From the NCBI RefSeq assembly GCF_004010195.1, contig NC_057720.1:11734941-11798940 (forward strand): DNA of 64,000 nt, given 5' to 3'. Position 1 is the stretch's first letter. Each line of letters starts with the position of its first letter. The stretch is from Chiloscyllium plagiosum (Eukaryota). This document shows, in pieces, positions 63,768 through 64,000 of the stretch. The notes under the pieces were generated by a model, which saw only the letters and a program-made list of their open reading frames with translations, made no database searches and was not told the origin of the DNA. The position numbers and the translations under genes were made by a program.

Positions 63768-63985
63768 GAGGTGCTTGTGGTGGACTGGGGTGGTCAGAAA
63801 TCACACGACACCAGGTTATAATCCAACTGGTTTATTTGAAATCACAAGTTTTCGGAGCACTGTTCCTTTGTCAGATATGCGTTCTTCTCTTCATTCCACC
63901 TGATGAAGGAGCAGCGCTTCCAAAGCTTGTGATTTCAAAAAATCCTGTTAGACTATAACCTGGTGTTGTGTGACTTCTGACCTTA
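63768..63985. mobile_element. Fold-back PLE mini-element, family B-like
   Basis: aaatcacacgacaccaggttata / tataacctggtgttgtgtgact arms; + core CTGATGA 63900-63906 with GAAA mutated. Confidence 0.7.
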
Positions 63986-64000
63986 CCCTTCTGGGTGGGG

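Overview
Vertebrate genomic DNA, most likely a shark or other elasmobranch (inferred from HE1/V-SINE-type SINEs and their partner CR1/HER1-type LINEs). The only host gene I can support is an adenylate kinase 5 (AK5)-family gene on the + strand. It has a TATA/GC-box promoter near 20.35 kb and six coding exons (20482-60105; 894 nt, 298 codons, all GT-AG, phases consistent). These encode the N-terminal dimerisation/docking-like domain and most of the first AK domain; the gene continues past the window end. Most of the rest is decayed transposable elements: CR1 LINEs, Rex1/Babar-like LINE pieces, several SINE families, and a solo LTR containing a Tigger-like MITE. The most striking non-genic signal is about 20 short Penelope-like (PLE) insertions from at least four sequence families. 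Many are fold-back (inverted-repeat) units with 10-17 bp target duplications and minimal hammerhead ribozyme cores (CTGANGA-stem II-GAAA-palindrome-UH), often one per strand. PLE pieces also sit at the junctions of two inverted duplications of local DNA and next to a 16-bp minisatellite built from the target-site sequence. Nearly all ORFs in the supplied track are TE fragments or noise. TE boundaries are approximate and were read by eye.
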